A stretch of DNA of 64,000 nucleotides from an uncultured bacterium (GTDB lineage Bacteria > Arandabacterota > Arandabacteria > JAGLYR01). The position numbers and the translations under genes are program-made. Each line of letters opens with the position of its first letter. Within the stretch, counting starts at the first letter, position 1. Positions 10,413 through 19,610 of this stretch are shown one piece after another. The notes beneath the pieces were generated by a model. It was not told where the DNA came from. It did not search any database and worked only from the letters and a program-made list of their open reading frames with translations. The DNA is taken from NCBI GenBank assembly GCA_964610505.1, contig CAZSXU010000008.1, forward strand, positions 52,604 to 116,603. Direction: 5' to 3'.

Positions 10413-13400
10413 CTCACCACCGCAAGGGTGTTGACCTGCTTCGCTCCCAGCGATTCAACGGTCACCAGGTAGAATCCATCCGGAACCTGGCGGCCGCTCT
10501 CGTCTCGGCCGTTCCACCGAACGAGGTTGGCACCGGCACCCATCCGGCTTGCGGCGGCGATTCGCTTCACCATACGCCCCGCGCGGTTGTAGACCTTGAC
10601 GGTCACCGGACCTGATCGACCGATGCTGAAGCTAATGGCGACTTCGTCGTTGCCATATGTACCGGAAGGCGAGAACACGCGGGGAGACATGGAGATTGCA
10701 GACAGGCCCGTCCCTGTGACCGGCGCGGCGGCTTCGGCGAAGAGCGCGTACCGGCCTTCCCGGGTGACGGCTGCTGCCATCACCCCGGCAGCGTCATCGA
10801 CGGTTCCACCGACCCGCTCCCACTCGTTACCCTCTACAAGAACGTACAGCGCAGGAAAAAGGGGACCGGCTCCAATTTCGTCGGAAAATGGGGACGGGTT
10901 CCAATTTCGGCCTTTTGAAATTGGTGTCTGTCCCCATTGTCCCCCTTGTTCGCCAAGGGCCATCTCCAGCGTAGCCGGTTTGCTGAGTGCCCCCCCTCCC
11001 CACGAGATGTCATAGCCAGCGAAGATCCTCGCCGCTCCATTCGACAGTGAATCCGGCACATCCTCCTCCGCCACAGGATCGAGCGCGACCACCGCCTCCC
11101 GAACGAACGCCCCCGGCGGGAAATAGAGATGAATCTCTCTTCCGGGAGTGAAGACGTCTCCTCCCAATGACGCCTGAACGGTCACGGGTGACGTCTTGCC
11201 GATCCACGGAGCCACGTTGTCAATGATCAGCTCCACGTGGTGCGCCCCCGTGAGCCCGAGCGTATCACTCTCCTCAACCCGCAGCTCGTACGCCCCGTCC
11301 GGGAAGTCTTGCGTGTTCCACCAGGCCAGTGTGCCGTCAACCACCGGATACTCGGAATCAACCAGGACCGTGGCCGAGGGCGGATCCCAGCTCCCCTCTC
11401 CCGGAGAACGGACCAGCACCCGATAGCGCCTGAATCGAGGGTCGGCCGCCGTTCCCTTTACGAACACTTCGCCACGGATCACCTCTCCCAGCGACGGTGA
11501 GGAGATCATGGGTACGGGCTGCGTGGCATCAACTTCGAAGGTCCAGCTCGCCGGGTCCGGCTCAACGTTGAAGTACCGATCGCGCGCCCGCACTTGAAAG
11601 GTGTGTATGCCGTCGGCCACGCCCGAGCGACTGTACCCGTTCAGCGTCGACCAGGACGACCAAGGCTCCCCGTTAAACGAACAGGAGAATTCGATGTCGG
11701 GTTCGTCAAACGCCGCCCCATACGCGAACGTCACCTGATTGGACGGCGAGAGGGATGCCGGCCCAAGCAGAAGACGTGTCTGGGGATAGACGCGATCCGG
11801 TTCGAGCACCGAGACTCCGTAGTAGTACGTCTCAATCCAGAAGTTCCCGGCGTGATCCTGAATGATGTCGCGGATCCTGTTGCTTCCGAGCCCGTCGGCG
11901 ATCGTGAGATTCGCCCAGGTCTCCCCGTCAAAGCGCGCAATCCCGCCTCCATCGAAACCTACCCAGAGATTCCCGTCCGTATCCATGACGAGGCCGGAGG
12001 CGTCCTTGTCGGGCAGGCCGTCCGCCACGGTCCAGGCCGTCCACTCCGAGCCGTCGAACCGGGCCACCCCTGCGTTGCGTATGGCAATCCAGATGTTCCC
12101 GGATGGGTCCTCCATCATGTCCCGGCAGTTGTTTCCCGGGAGAACGTCGTCGCTCGTGTAGTGGGTCCAGCTCTGCCCGTCGTAGCGATGCACCCCGGCG
12201 AGACTCGTGGCGAACCAGAGATCTCCGGAATGGTCTTCGAGGATCGCGTATACGGCGCTCTGCCAAACCATCTCTGCTTCGATTTCGAGCTTGGTCCAGG
12301 TCTGGCCGTCGTACTGGACGGCTCCCCGGTAGGTCCCGAACCAGAGATCTCCCCTCCGGTCCTCATAAAACGAGAAGAAGACGCTGTCCGGCAGCCCATC
12401 TGAAGGAGAGAAGATGTCCCAGGTTTCGCCGTCGAACTGCACGACACCCGCGCGGTCGGTTCCGAACCACAGGTCTCCCGTCGAGGACTGGCCGATGCAC
12501 TGAACAAAGTAGTCCGGAAACACATCCGTGGGACCGTAGTGGGTCCAATCCCGCCAATCGTAACGGTCCAGCCCCATCGAGTTGGAAAGCCAGACATCTC
12601 CGTCCCTGTCCTGAAAGATATCCAACATGGAATCGTTGACGAGCACGTTCTGATCCGTGTAGTGCGTCCAGCTCTGCCGGTCGTAGCGGCTCACGCGATC
12701 GGAATGACCGAACCATAGATTCCCCGCCCGGTCCTCAAGAATCGACCGCACGATGGAACTTGCGAGTCCGTCGCCCGGCGTGAAAGTGCGCCAACTCAAC
12801 CCATCGAAGCGGGTCACCCCCCCGCCGTAGGTCCCGAACCAGAGGTTTCCGTCCCGATCCGCGAGGATCGACAGTACGGAGTTGCTTCCGAGCCCGTCCT
12901 CCTTCGTGAAAGTCGTCCAGTTCGTTCCATCGAAACGGCTCACTCCGTACGAAGTGCCGAACCACAGATTCCCGTCCCGGTCCTCGTCCATGCCACGGAC
13001 GACATTATTCACCAGCCCATCTTCTTCCGTGTAGGTCTGCCAGGTCACTCCGTCGTAGCGACTGACTCCGGATCCGGTTGCGAACCAAAGGTGGCCGAAG
13101 TGGTCTTCGAGCATCATGATCACCTCGTCGTCCGCCAGGCCACTCTCTTCCCGGAAAGAGTACCAGCTGGTTCCGTCGTAGTGGGCCACACCGTTGCCTG
13201 TGGGGAACCACAGACCGCCCTGGCTGTCTTCCAGGATGGAGTTGACACTGTACCACGGCAGGACGTCGGGGACCGTGTAGGTGGTCCAGGCAGTGCCGTC
13301 GTAGCGGCTGAGACCACGAAACGTGCCAAACCAGAGGTCGCCGTTCCGATCTTCATGAACCGCGAAAACGATGTCGAAGGCCAACCCGTCCTCTTCTGTC

Positions 13401-13678
13401 AGGGTCGCCCAGGTCAGACCGTCAAAGCGCGTGGCGCCTGCCCCCGTAGGGAACCAGAGGTTGCCGTCCCGGTCCTCGAAGAGTGGCTTCCCGTCATAGT
13501 GAAAGAGACCGTCGGATTTGTCGAAGGTCTGCCAGGTGGCGCGCGCGGGCGGAGCCGAGGCGAGCAGGAGCACGAGCGCAAGCGCTGTCACGGCGGGAGA
13601 AACCGCGGTCGGTCGCCGCGGTTCCTTCTTTCCATCGGTCCCATAGGACCTGTATGACCTATGGTTCTTTGTAAACAT
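10409..13678 (-). CDS. Secreted Reg_prop propeller protein with CTD, paralog 4
   Basis: Same architecture; 14 blades. Start uncertain: ATG 13678, or GTG 13591 giving MTALALVLLLASAPPARA-TWQTF. Confidence 0.85.
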   Translation of the reverse strand: MFTKNHRSYRSYGTDGKKEPRRPTAVSPAVTALALVLLLASAPPARATWQTFDKSDGLFHYDGKPLFEDRDGNLWFPTGAGATRFDGLTWATLTEEDGLAFDIVFAVHEDRNGDLWFGTFRGLSRYDGTAWTTYTVPDVLPWYSVNSILEDSQGGLWFPTGNGVAHYDGTSWYSFREESGLADDEVIMMLEDHFGHLWFATGSGVSRYDGVTWQTYTEEDGLVNNVVRGMDEDRDGNLWFGTSYGVSRFDGTNWTTFTKEDGLGSNSVLSILADRDGNLWFGTYGGGVTRFDGLSWRTFTPGDGLASSIVRSILEDRAGNLWFGHSDRVSRYDRQSWTHYTDQNVLVNDSMLDIFQDRDGDVWLSNSMGLDRYDWRDWTHYGPTDVFPDYFVQCIGQSSTGDLWFGTDRAGVVQFDGETWDIFSPSDGLPDSVFFSFYEDRRGDLWFGTYRGAVQYDGQTWTKLEIEAEMVWQSAVYAILEDHSGDLWFATSLAGVHRYDGQSWTHYTSDDVLPGNNCRDMMEDPSGNIWIAIRNAGVARFDGSEWTAWTVADGLPDKDASGLVMDTDGNLWVGFDGGGIARFDGETWANLTIADGLGSNRIRDIIQDHAGNFWIETYYYGVSVLEPDRVYPQTRLLLGPASLSPSNQVTFAYGAAFDEPDIEFSCSFNGEPWSSWSTLNGYSRSGVADGIHTFQVRARDRYFNVEPDPASWTFEVDATQPVPMISSPSLGEVIRGEVFVKGTAADPRFRRYRVLVRSPGEGSWDPPSATVLVDSEYPVVDGTLAWWNTQDFPDGAYELRVEESDTLGLTGAHHVELIIDNVAPWIGKTSPVTVQASLGGDVFTPGREIHLYFPPGAFVREAVVALDPVAEEDVPDSLSNGAARIFAGYDISWGGGALSKPATLEMALGEQGGQWGQTPISKGRNWNPSPFSDEIGAGPLFPALYVLVEGNEWERVGGTVDDAAGVMAAAVTREGRYALFAEAAAPVTGTGLSAISMSPRVFSPSGTYGNDEVAISFSIGRSGPVTVKVYNRAGRMVKRIAAASRMGAGANLVRWNGRDESGRQVPDGFYLVTVESLGAKQVNTLAVVR

Positions 13679-16100
13679 CCCACTCATCCCAATCCACGTG
13701 GACGGTGGTCGTGAAGATCCGATCATTGCATCGACGATCCGTCCAGATCATGTAGAGATATTCGACCGGCCCCAGGTGATCCGCGTGGCTCACCGTGATG
13801 GACTCGAAGTCCTCAAGACCAAGCCCGCAGTAGCTGTTGAGGCCCCACGACCGCTGTGCGTAGACATCCACCCAGGTGCGCGAGCTGCTCGTATTCATCC
13901 CACAGGGCGGCAGATCCGTAGCGGGGGCAAAGAGTTCGGGCGGGATTTCATCCAGATTCGTGACGGTGAGCTCGAACTCGATTCTTCCCGAGCGCGCACG
14001 AACATTCAGAAGACCGAGTTCCGGGGCAGGCATGTCCGGATAGCACCGGCCGTAGTCCGTTGAGGCCCGGTTCGAAGTTGCCGTGACGCCACAGTACCTA
14101 TCCGTCAGAACAACGTAGATGGAGTCAGGAGGCGACTTCTTCGCCGGAAGGTCGAACCAGATGCCGTCATAGAGCTGGTCCCGGTCCGTGAAGTGGCACA
14201 GCTCGCCGAGGATCTCGCCCGTGTTGCCGTAGATGCCAACCTTCACGCGGGAGGCAATATCGTCTTCCCCGCATGGCTCCAGATGCGGGGCGGCGGAAAA
14301 CAGCTCCCGCCTGTAGCTCCGGTAGTTGGTGATGGAAAGACGCCACCGGGTCCAGGGTTCTCCATCCCGCTCGAGTTCCTCCGTCCCGGTGATGAACAGG
14401 GACGGCGCCGACAGATCCTCGCAATAGGGGCACTCCGCCTGCGACGTCTTGACGGCAAACTCTCGAGACGTCGACCACTCGCCCCAGATGCCACCCGTCA
14501 TCGCCCGGACTCTCCAGGACCAGTCGAACCGGTACGCGTCCTCGACCCAGCCCGAGGACGCCTTCATCTGGTAGGAGGTGTCGGACAGATCCGACGCGTT
14601 CACTTCGAATTCCGGAATGTCAGCGTCCGGCTGATCCACCTGAAGGTGGTATCGTTCCGCCCCCGGACACGAGTGCCACTCGAATTCCCAGACCGCGCTG
14701 TCCGGCCAGTCGTGGCAGTTGTTGGCCATCACCGTAGCGGGTTTCGGCGAGATCGGCTCGGGAACACAGGCTTCGGCGGCGGCTCCCAGAAACTGCTGGA
14801 CGGCCGTCAGGACGCTCGCGTCTCGGGTCAGATCTTCGTGCCGTGCGGCGACCAGAGTCGTCTCGGCCGCCGAGTAGGTTTCGTGCGGTTCGAACCCCAT
14901 GACGGCGCTTTCGACCGACACCAGGCCATCGTCCGGGCCCTCGATGCAGGCGCTGAGGCGGCCTTCTTGCTCTCCGGCGATCAGGAGGGCGTTGATGTCG
15001 TATGGCTCCGTCCAGCCCTGGTTAAGATCCTCGAGAAACGCGCTTCCTTTTACCAGCTGCCGTGCCCCCGGGCCGAGGAGCCCGGTGGGTTTGGCCCCGG
15101 GTGAATCGACGAGCGAGCGCTCGAGCTGAACGAACTCCGAGAAACGGCCTAGGTAGTCTTCCCACACGCGGCAACTGTCGGAGACCATCCCGCCGTGGGG
15201 CGAACCCAGAAGAACCAGATGTCCGACCTCAAAGTCGTCCGCGTGGTTCTTGAGAAAGTGGCGCGCCACGATTCCGCCCATGGAGTGGGCAATGATCGTG
15301 AGCCGAGGCTTCACTTCCCCCAGAAGGGCAATGAGCGACGAGTACAGCAGATCCGAAGATGTCTCGATGGTCCGGTACGGATCGTATTGAAAGCCCCAGA
15401 CAATCCCGTTTTCCCCCGCGAGGCCTTCAACGAACTCCTGGAATGTGACCCCTGCTGGGGTCTCCTGTTGCCAGGCGCCCTCGTGCGAGGAGGAGATTCC
15501 ATGGATCAGAAGATATAGCTCCTCGCCGTCATGAACGCGTCGGCCGAAGTGGTGGATTCCAAGCCAGTCTGGGTGGAGAGGCTCTCCGACGTCGGAGAGG
15601 TCCTCTCTCTCCCCGGCCCAGATTACGACTCCGCCGTCGTCATCCCCCGCGCCCCCCGGATCCAACCCCACATAGGCCAACGTCAGCCTGCCACCCGAGA
15701 AACTCTGCCGGCCCATTCCCAGGGTCTCTCCGTTATCGAAGAAGGCGAAGACTTCGCCCCCCGCGGGAGAACTCACGTCATGAAGATCCACGTACACGGG
15801 GCTTCTGAGGGGTCCCCCGAGATCCAGGCGGCAGACGGGCCCCAGCGGTCGGGTGTCTGCAAAATCGAGATTCGGAGACGTCTCCAGCGACAAGACGACA
15901 TTGGCGCTGACGGCCAGCGCGTACGCCGGGATTCTGAGGGAGACTCCCTCCAGATCGATGGTGCCTCCACCCGTGAACGTTATGAAACGACTGGCCGTCC
16001 GTTCGTCTCCGGGCGCGGTGGGTTTCTTTTTGTCTCCACAGGAGACCAGGCCCAGCACCAGAAGACACAGGACGCTGAGGACCACTCGTCTATGTTTCAT
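13659..16100 (-). CDS. Lipoprotein: ZU5-like domain, alpha/beta-hydrolase (PGAP1/lipase-like), FN3-like domain and a duplicated Cys-containing C-terminal domain
   Basis: Start at 16100, MKHRRVVLSVLCLLVLGLVS-C (lipobox). Oxyanion LIHGISS, nucleophile elbow IAHSMGG, then DDGLV (Asp) and ARHEDL (His). Confidence 0.8.
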   Translation of the reverse strand: MKHRRVVLSVLCLLVLGLVSCGDKKKPTAPGDERTASRFITFTGGGTIDLEGVSLRIPAYALAVSANVVLSLETSPNLDFADTRPLGPVCRLDLGGPLRSPVYVDLHDVSSPAGGEVFAFFDNGETLGMGRQSFSGGRLTLAYVGLDPGGAGDDDGGVVIWAGEREDLSDVGEPLHPDWLGIHHFGRRVHDGEELYLLIHGISSSHEGAWQQETPAGVTFQEFVEGLAGENGIVWGFQYDPYRTIETSSDLLYSSLIALLGEVKPRLTIIAHSMGGIVARHFLKNHADDFEVGHLVLLGSPHGGMVSDSCRVWEDYLGRFSEFVQLERSLVDSPGAKPTGLLGPGARQLVKGSAFLEDLNQGWTEPYDINALLIAGEQEGRLSACIEGPDDGLVSVESAVMGFEPHETYSAAETTLVAARHEDLTRDASVLTAVQQFLGAAAEACVPEPISPKPATVMANNCHDWPDSAVWEFEWHSCPGAERYHLQVDQPDADIPEFEVNASDLSDTSYQMKASSGWVEDAYRFDWSWRVRAMTGGIWGEWSTSREFAVKTSQAECPYCEDLSAPSLFITGTEELERDGEPWTRWRLSITNYRSYRRELFSAAPHLEPCGEDDIASRVKVGIYGNTGEILGELCHFTDRDQLYDGIWFDLPAKKSPPDSIYVVLTDRYCGVTATSNRASTDYGRCYPDMPAPELGLLNVRARSGRIEFELTVTNLDEIPPELFAPATDLPPCGMNTSSSRTWVDVYAQRSWGLNSYCGLGLEDFESITVSHADHLGPVEYLYMIWTDRRCNDRIFTTTVHVDWDEWDVYKEP

Positions 16101-16465
16101 GATGTCCATCCAGTGCCGGCGCGCCGGCTGAATCCAGAAGAGAACCGTGCGTTTCCAACCGGATTCCGGGGAACAGGGTTTCCCAGCCCCACCCTGTCCC
16201 TTTGAGAGAACTACAGGAATCCGGTCCGAATGTTGGACGTGGAGATGGAGAAAGCTTCCGCTGACCCCTCGATATAGTCCCGTCGCTCTGCGACGGGACC
16301 ACTCGGGACGAACGGAGTTCGTCCCCATCTCCGTGCCATGCTAATCATACCGTTCGTCCCGAGTGCGGCGCATCCCGCCGAAGGCTATCTATCGCCGTGT
16401 ATCGAGGGACTGCCCGGGGGCGCCTTCCTCCAAACCCCTGGGATCTACCTCGGTACGGTACCCTC

Positions 16466-17503
16466 CTATCCCTTTGCCATATGCAGTTGCCAGAGATCCC
16501 GCTCGCTCCAGCGGAGAACCGGGGCGACGGCCAGCCGCCCGGTCCTGCCGATGCTCCGCATGAGGTACCGGATCTCCTTGAACTTTTCCCCAACCTCGGA
16601 ATCCGCCGGAACCTCAAATCCGGCCTGCCGCATGAGAAGCGTTCCCTTGGCCCGAATGGAGAGCTCCACATGCAGCCGGATGAAGCACTGCAGATCTACG
16701 ACGACATCCCCGGGGAAATGCTTTCTCAGGGACGCGAGGTACTCACCGATCGGGGTCTGCGACGTCCGCCCCGTGGTCATCATCAGAAGCAACTCGGCAT
16801 CCGTGTCAAAACTGAGCCCAAGCCATCTCCGGAGGGCACGCTCACTCTGTCGAAATGCGATCATCATGATGAGCGGCAATCCAACAACGAGCCCTACGGC
16901 GGACAGCACGGGTGAGACAAGGAAATGGTTGAAGAGGGAGTGAACGAGAATCGCGACAATGAGTCCGGGGACGAACGTCCGACACCAGCCTGATGCACGA
17001 CGCTCAGAAGTGCCTGCCGACAGGATGCCGAAGAGTCCGGCCGTTCCCCCGTGCATGAGCGCGGTTCCAAGCCCTCTCAGAACGCAGGCCGCGACCCCAA
17101 GATCCGGGTGGGCCCGGAGATAGTAGACATTCTCGCTCAGGGCAAACCCCGTCCCGATAGCGAATCCATATATGGCCGCGTCCACCATGAATCCGACACG
17201 GCGGGATCGAATCAGATACACGAGTCCGGCGGCCTTCAGGATCTCCTCCGGGAAGGGCGCTCCGTAGCGGGCGTAGATGGCCGGGTCCCAGCCAAGAAGA
17301 GAGAGCAGGCCGTTGTTGACAACGAGGCTGATAAGCGCGATGGCCGATCCGAAGAGTACGGATCCAACAACGGAGGTGGGCCGGATGAGTTTGTAGCTGT
17401 CGAGAAAGACGAGCATGAGGAGCAGCACGGCGACAGGCAGAATGCTGACGGCCATTCGAAGGAACTCCGCCGTGGCGAAAACCGTCAACAGGGGTGCGGG
17501 CAT
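16466..17503 (-). CDS. prsW: PrsW-family intramembrane metalloprotease with a soluble C-terminal extension
   Basis: Family motifs EEILK, FALSEN, MHGG and HSLFNH, with multiple transmembrane segments. Confidence 0.85.
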   Translation of the reverse strand: MPAPLLTVFATAEFLRMAVSILPVAVLLLMLVFLDSYKLIRPTSVVGSVLFGSAIALISLVVNNGLLSLLGWDPAIYARYGAPFPEEILKAAGLVYLIRSRRVGFMVDAAIYGFAIGTGFALSENVYYLRAHPDLGVAACVLRGLGTALMHGGTAGLFGILSAGTSERRASGWCRTFVPGLIVAILVHSLFNHFLVSPVLSAVGLVVGLPLIMMIAFRQSERALRRWLGLSFDTDAELLLMMTTGRTSQTPIGEYLASLRKHFPGDVVVDLQCFIRLHVELSIRAKGTLLMRQAGFEVPADSEVGEKFKEIRYLMRSIGRTGRLAVAPVLRWSERDLWQLHMAKG

Positions 17504-17516
17504 GTGGACCCTCGCT

Positions 17517-18278
17517 CTACTCTACCCGGACGTCCTCCTCGAAGAGCAACTTCCCGGCAGAGAAGGCCTGAATGTGAACCGCAGGATGAGAGCGAGAAGG
17601 ATCTCGGAAAGTGATCAGGACCTTGTGGTGACCCGTATGCAGAAGTTCGACTCGGTCCTCCGCCACCCGGACAGCGTGGTCCTCCCCCTCCAGCAAACGA
17701 TACCCTTCATAACAGGCCCCCGTGTCCCCAACGCACTCGATCACGACCCGAATCTCCGCTTCGCCCGAGAGCTCAAGCAATGCCAGGATCAGATCGTCCG
17801 AATAGCGAACGAGGAGTGACCCGGACACTTCCGGGTGGTCGATGACCACCGGATCAACTGTTACGCCCGAATCCGCCTCGACCATGGCCCCCACCAGGGC
17901 ATCCCGATCTCCGGCGGGCGTCACATTCGATAGGACGGCATAGAGCCCGATCCCGAGCACCAAGCCGGCCGCAAACCCGTAGGCCACCCGGGGGCTCAAC
18001 ACCGAGCGAAGCGCCTCGAACCACGAGACCGAATCGGATTCGACCTGACCCGGTCGCTTCTTCGCATCGACGGCGGAGAGGATCGCTCCTCTCATGCCTG
18101 ACGGAGGATCCAGGTCCTCGATCTCCCCGAACGCGTCTCCCAGACGGAGGAGTTCTTCATAATAGCGTTTCGCCTCCGGCGACGTGTCGAGAAGCCGCTG
18201 CAACTCGCGGCTCTCCTCCGGAGAATTCACGCCGTCGATTTCCTGATTCATGAGTTCGATATGGCGTTCTTCAATCAA
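17517..18278 (-). CDS. Membrane anti-sigma factor (single TM, periplasmic beta domain)
   Basis: TTG start overlapping the sigma stop (TTGA). N-terminal helical IELMNQEIDG...ELQRLL, TM segment VAYGFAAGLVLGIGLYAVL, directly downstream of an ECF sigma. Confidence 0.75.
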   Translation of the reverse strand: MIEERHIELMNQEIDGVNSPEESRELQRLLDTSPEAKRYYEELLRLGDAFGEIEDLDPPSGMRGAILSAVDAKKRPGQVESDSVSWFEALRSVLSPRVAYGFAAGLVLGIGLYAVLSNVTPAGDRDALVGAMVEADSGVTVDPVVIDHPEVSGSLLVRYSDDLILALLELSGEAEIRVVIECVGDTGACYEGYRLLEGEDHAVRVAEDRVELLHTGHHKVLITFRDPSRSHPAVHIQAFSAGKLLFEEDVRVE

Positions 18279-18814
18279 TTCATGAACCCCCGGCTGCGGA
18301 GCGTGTCTTTCAGGATCTGTCGTCCGGTGTAGAGCCTCGACTTCACCGTCTTCTCGGGGATATCCAGAATGCCACCGATGTCGCTGTACGAGAGCTCCAT
18401 GAAATACTTGAGAATGATGACGATCCGGTAGTCCAGGTTCAGGTCGGCCAGCGCGCACTCCAGATGGTAACTCTTCTCGCCAGCGGCCGCCTGCTCCTCA
18501 GGGCTCTTGCCTCCCGAAGCCATGTTGTCCTCGAAATCGACCGTGCGTTTCCCCCTGCTGATATGGTTCAGCGACTCATTCACGGCAATCTTGCAGAGCC
18601 AGCTGAAGAGTTTATGGGCAGGGTTGTAGCGATCGAGTCTCTCGTAGACTTTGATGAAGACGGTCTGCGTAATATCCTGGGCGTCGTCCGTATTGCGGAC
18701 AATCCGGTACGTGACGTTGAAGATGGGCTTCTCGTACTTCTCCAGAATCACTTCGAAGGCTCCGCTGTCGCCCTGTACAACTCGCTGTACCAGTTCCAGA
18801 TCGGTGTTCGACAT
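18275..18814 (-). CDS. ECF-family RNA polymerase sigma-70 factor (RpoE/SigW-like)
   Basis: Region 2 DAQDITQTVFIKVY...FSWLCKIAVN; region 4 LSYSDIGGILDIPEKTVKSRLY. Confidence 0.92.
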   Translation of the reverse strand: MSNTDLELVQRVVQGDSGAFEVILEKYEKPIFNVTYRIVRNTDDAQDITQTVFIKVYERLDRYNPAHKLFSWLCKIAVNESLNHISRGKRTVDFEDNMASGGKSPEEQAAAGEKSYHLECALADLNLDYRIVIILKYFMELSYSDIGGILDIPEKTVKSRLYTGRQILKDTLRSRGFMN

Positions 18815-18888
18815 AACTACCAGCGGTTCCCAGAGAAGTTGATGGGCTTTCTGGAGAAAGACGCGAAAGGTCCCGTCAGTCTCGCCCC

Positions 18889-19173
18889 CTATTCGATATC
18901 AAAGACATAGTCGAATCCCGCAACGCGGAAAAGATCGAGAATCCGATCCTGGAGGCGGATGAGCTTCAGCTCCTTGCCCGAATCCTTCAGCCGCTTCTGA
19001 GTTTCCAGGAGAACACGGAGTCCCGCGCTGGAGATGTATTCCAACTCGCTCAGATCGAGGGTGCAGGAGCCGGTGATCTTTTCGAGAACATCCCGCGCCT
19101 TGTCCGCCTGGGAAGCGTCCAGCCTCCCGGACAGCCGAATGCGATCACCACTCTCGCTCCGGATGCTAAACAT
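18889..19173 (-). CDS. STAS-domain anti-anti-sigma factor
   Basis: LSGRLDA...LDLSELEYISSAGLRVLL with the phospho-acceptor Ser. Start at ATG 19173 overlaps the upstream stop. Confidence 0.9.
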   Translation of the reverse strand: MFSIRSESGDRIRLSGRLDASQADKARDVLEKITGSCTLDLSELEYISSAGLRVLLETQKRLKDSGKELKLIRLQDRILDLFRVAGFDYVFDIE

Positions 19174-19579
19174 CCTCTCCCTCCAGTTCCTTAACCGCTG
19201 TGACGGAAAGAACTCCCGCCTCATGCTCAAAGGACAAACGGTCCATCACACTCCTCACGAGATGGAGGCCGAGTCCCCCGATCTCGTGATTGCCCAGATG
19301 ATGCTTCAGATCCACGGGTGTAACCAGGGACCCGTCAAAACGGTCCACGTCATCGTCCCGGACGCGGAGAACCAGCCGATCTCCATCCCGGTCCAGGCTG
19401 ACCGTGATCCGATCCCGCCCCCGGGGATTGTGCTTCACCATGTTCGTGAAGAGTTCCTCGGCGGCCAGCTTGGCATCGAAGACGTCCTTCTCTCGGAGGC
19501 CGGCAGACGCAGCGAACTGATCCACCCATGCGAACAGTTCGTCCAGGGCGGCGATCTCTCTTCTGAGTTCCGTCTTCAT
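19166..19579 (-). CDS. RsbW/SpoIIAB-like serine kinase / anti-sigma (HATPase_c_2)
   Basis: N-box EELFTNMVKH and G2 box IGGLGLHLV; adjacent to the STAS gene; start MKTELRR at 19579. Confidence 0.85.
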   Translation of the reverse strand: MKTELRREIAALDELFAWVDQFAASAGLREKDVFDAKLAAEELFTNMVKHNPRGRDRITVSLDRDGDRLVLRVRDDDVDRFDGSLVTPVDLKHHLGNHEIGGLGLHLVRSVMDRLSFEHEAGVLSVTAVKELEGEDV

Positions 19580-19610
19580 GGGATTCCGAGGGTTCGGGGT
19601 CCTGCTCGTC

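Noticed and set aside
16110-16460. Cognate ECF promoter upstream of the lipoprotein (GGAAAC motifs) or of the sigma gene (GGAACC near 18825)
   Set aside because: No convincing -10 element at 16-17 bp spacing; cannot be called without TSS data.
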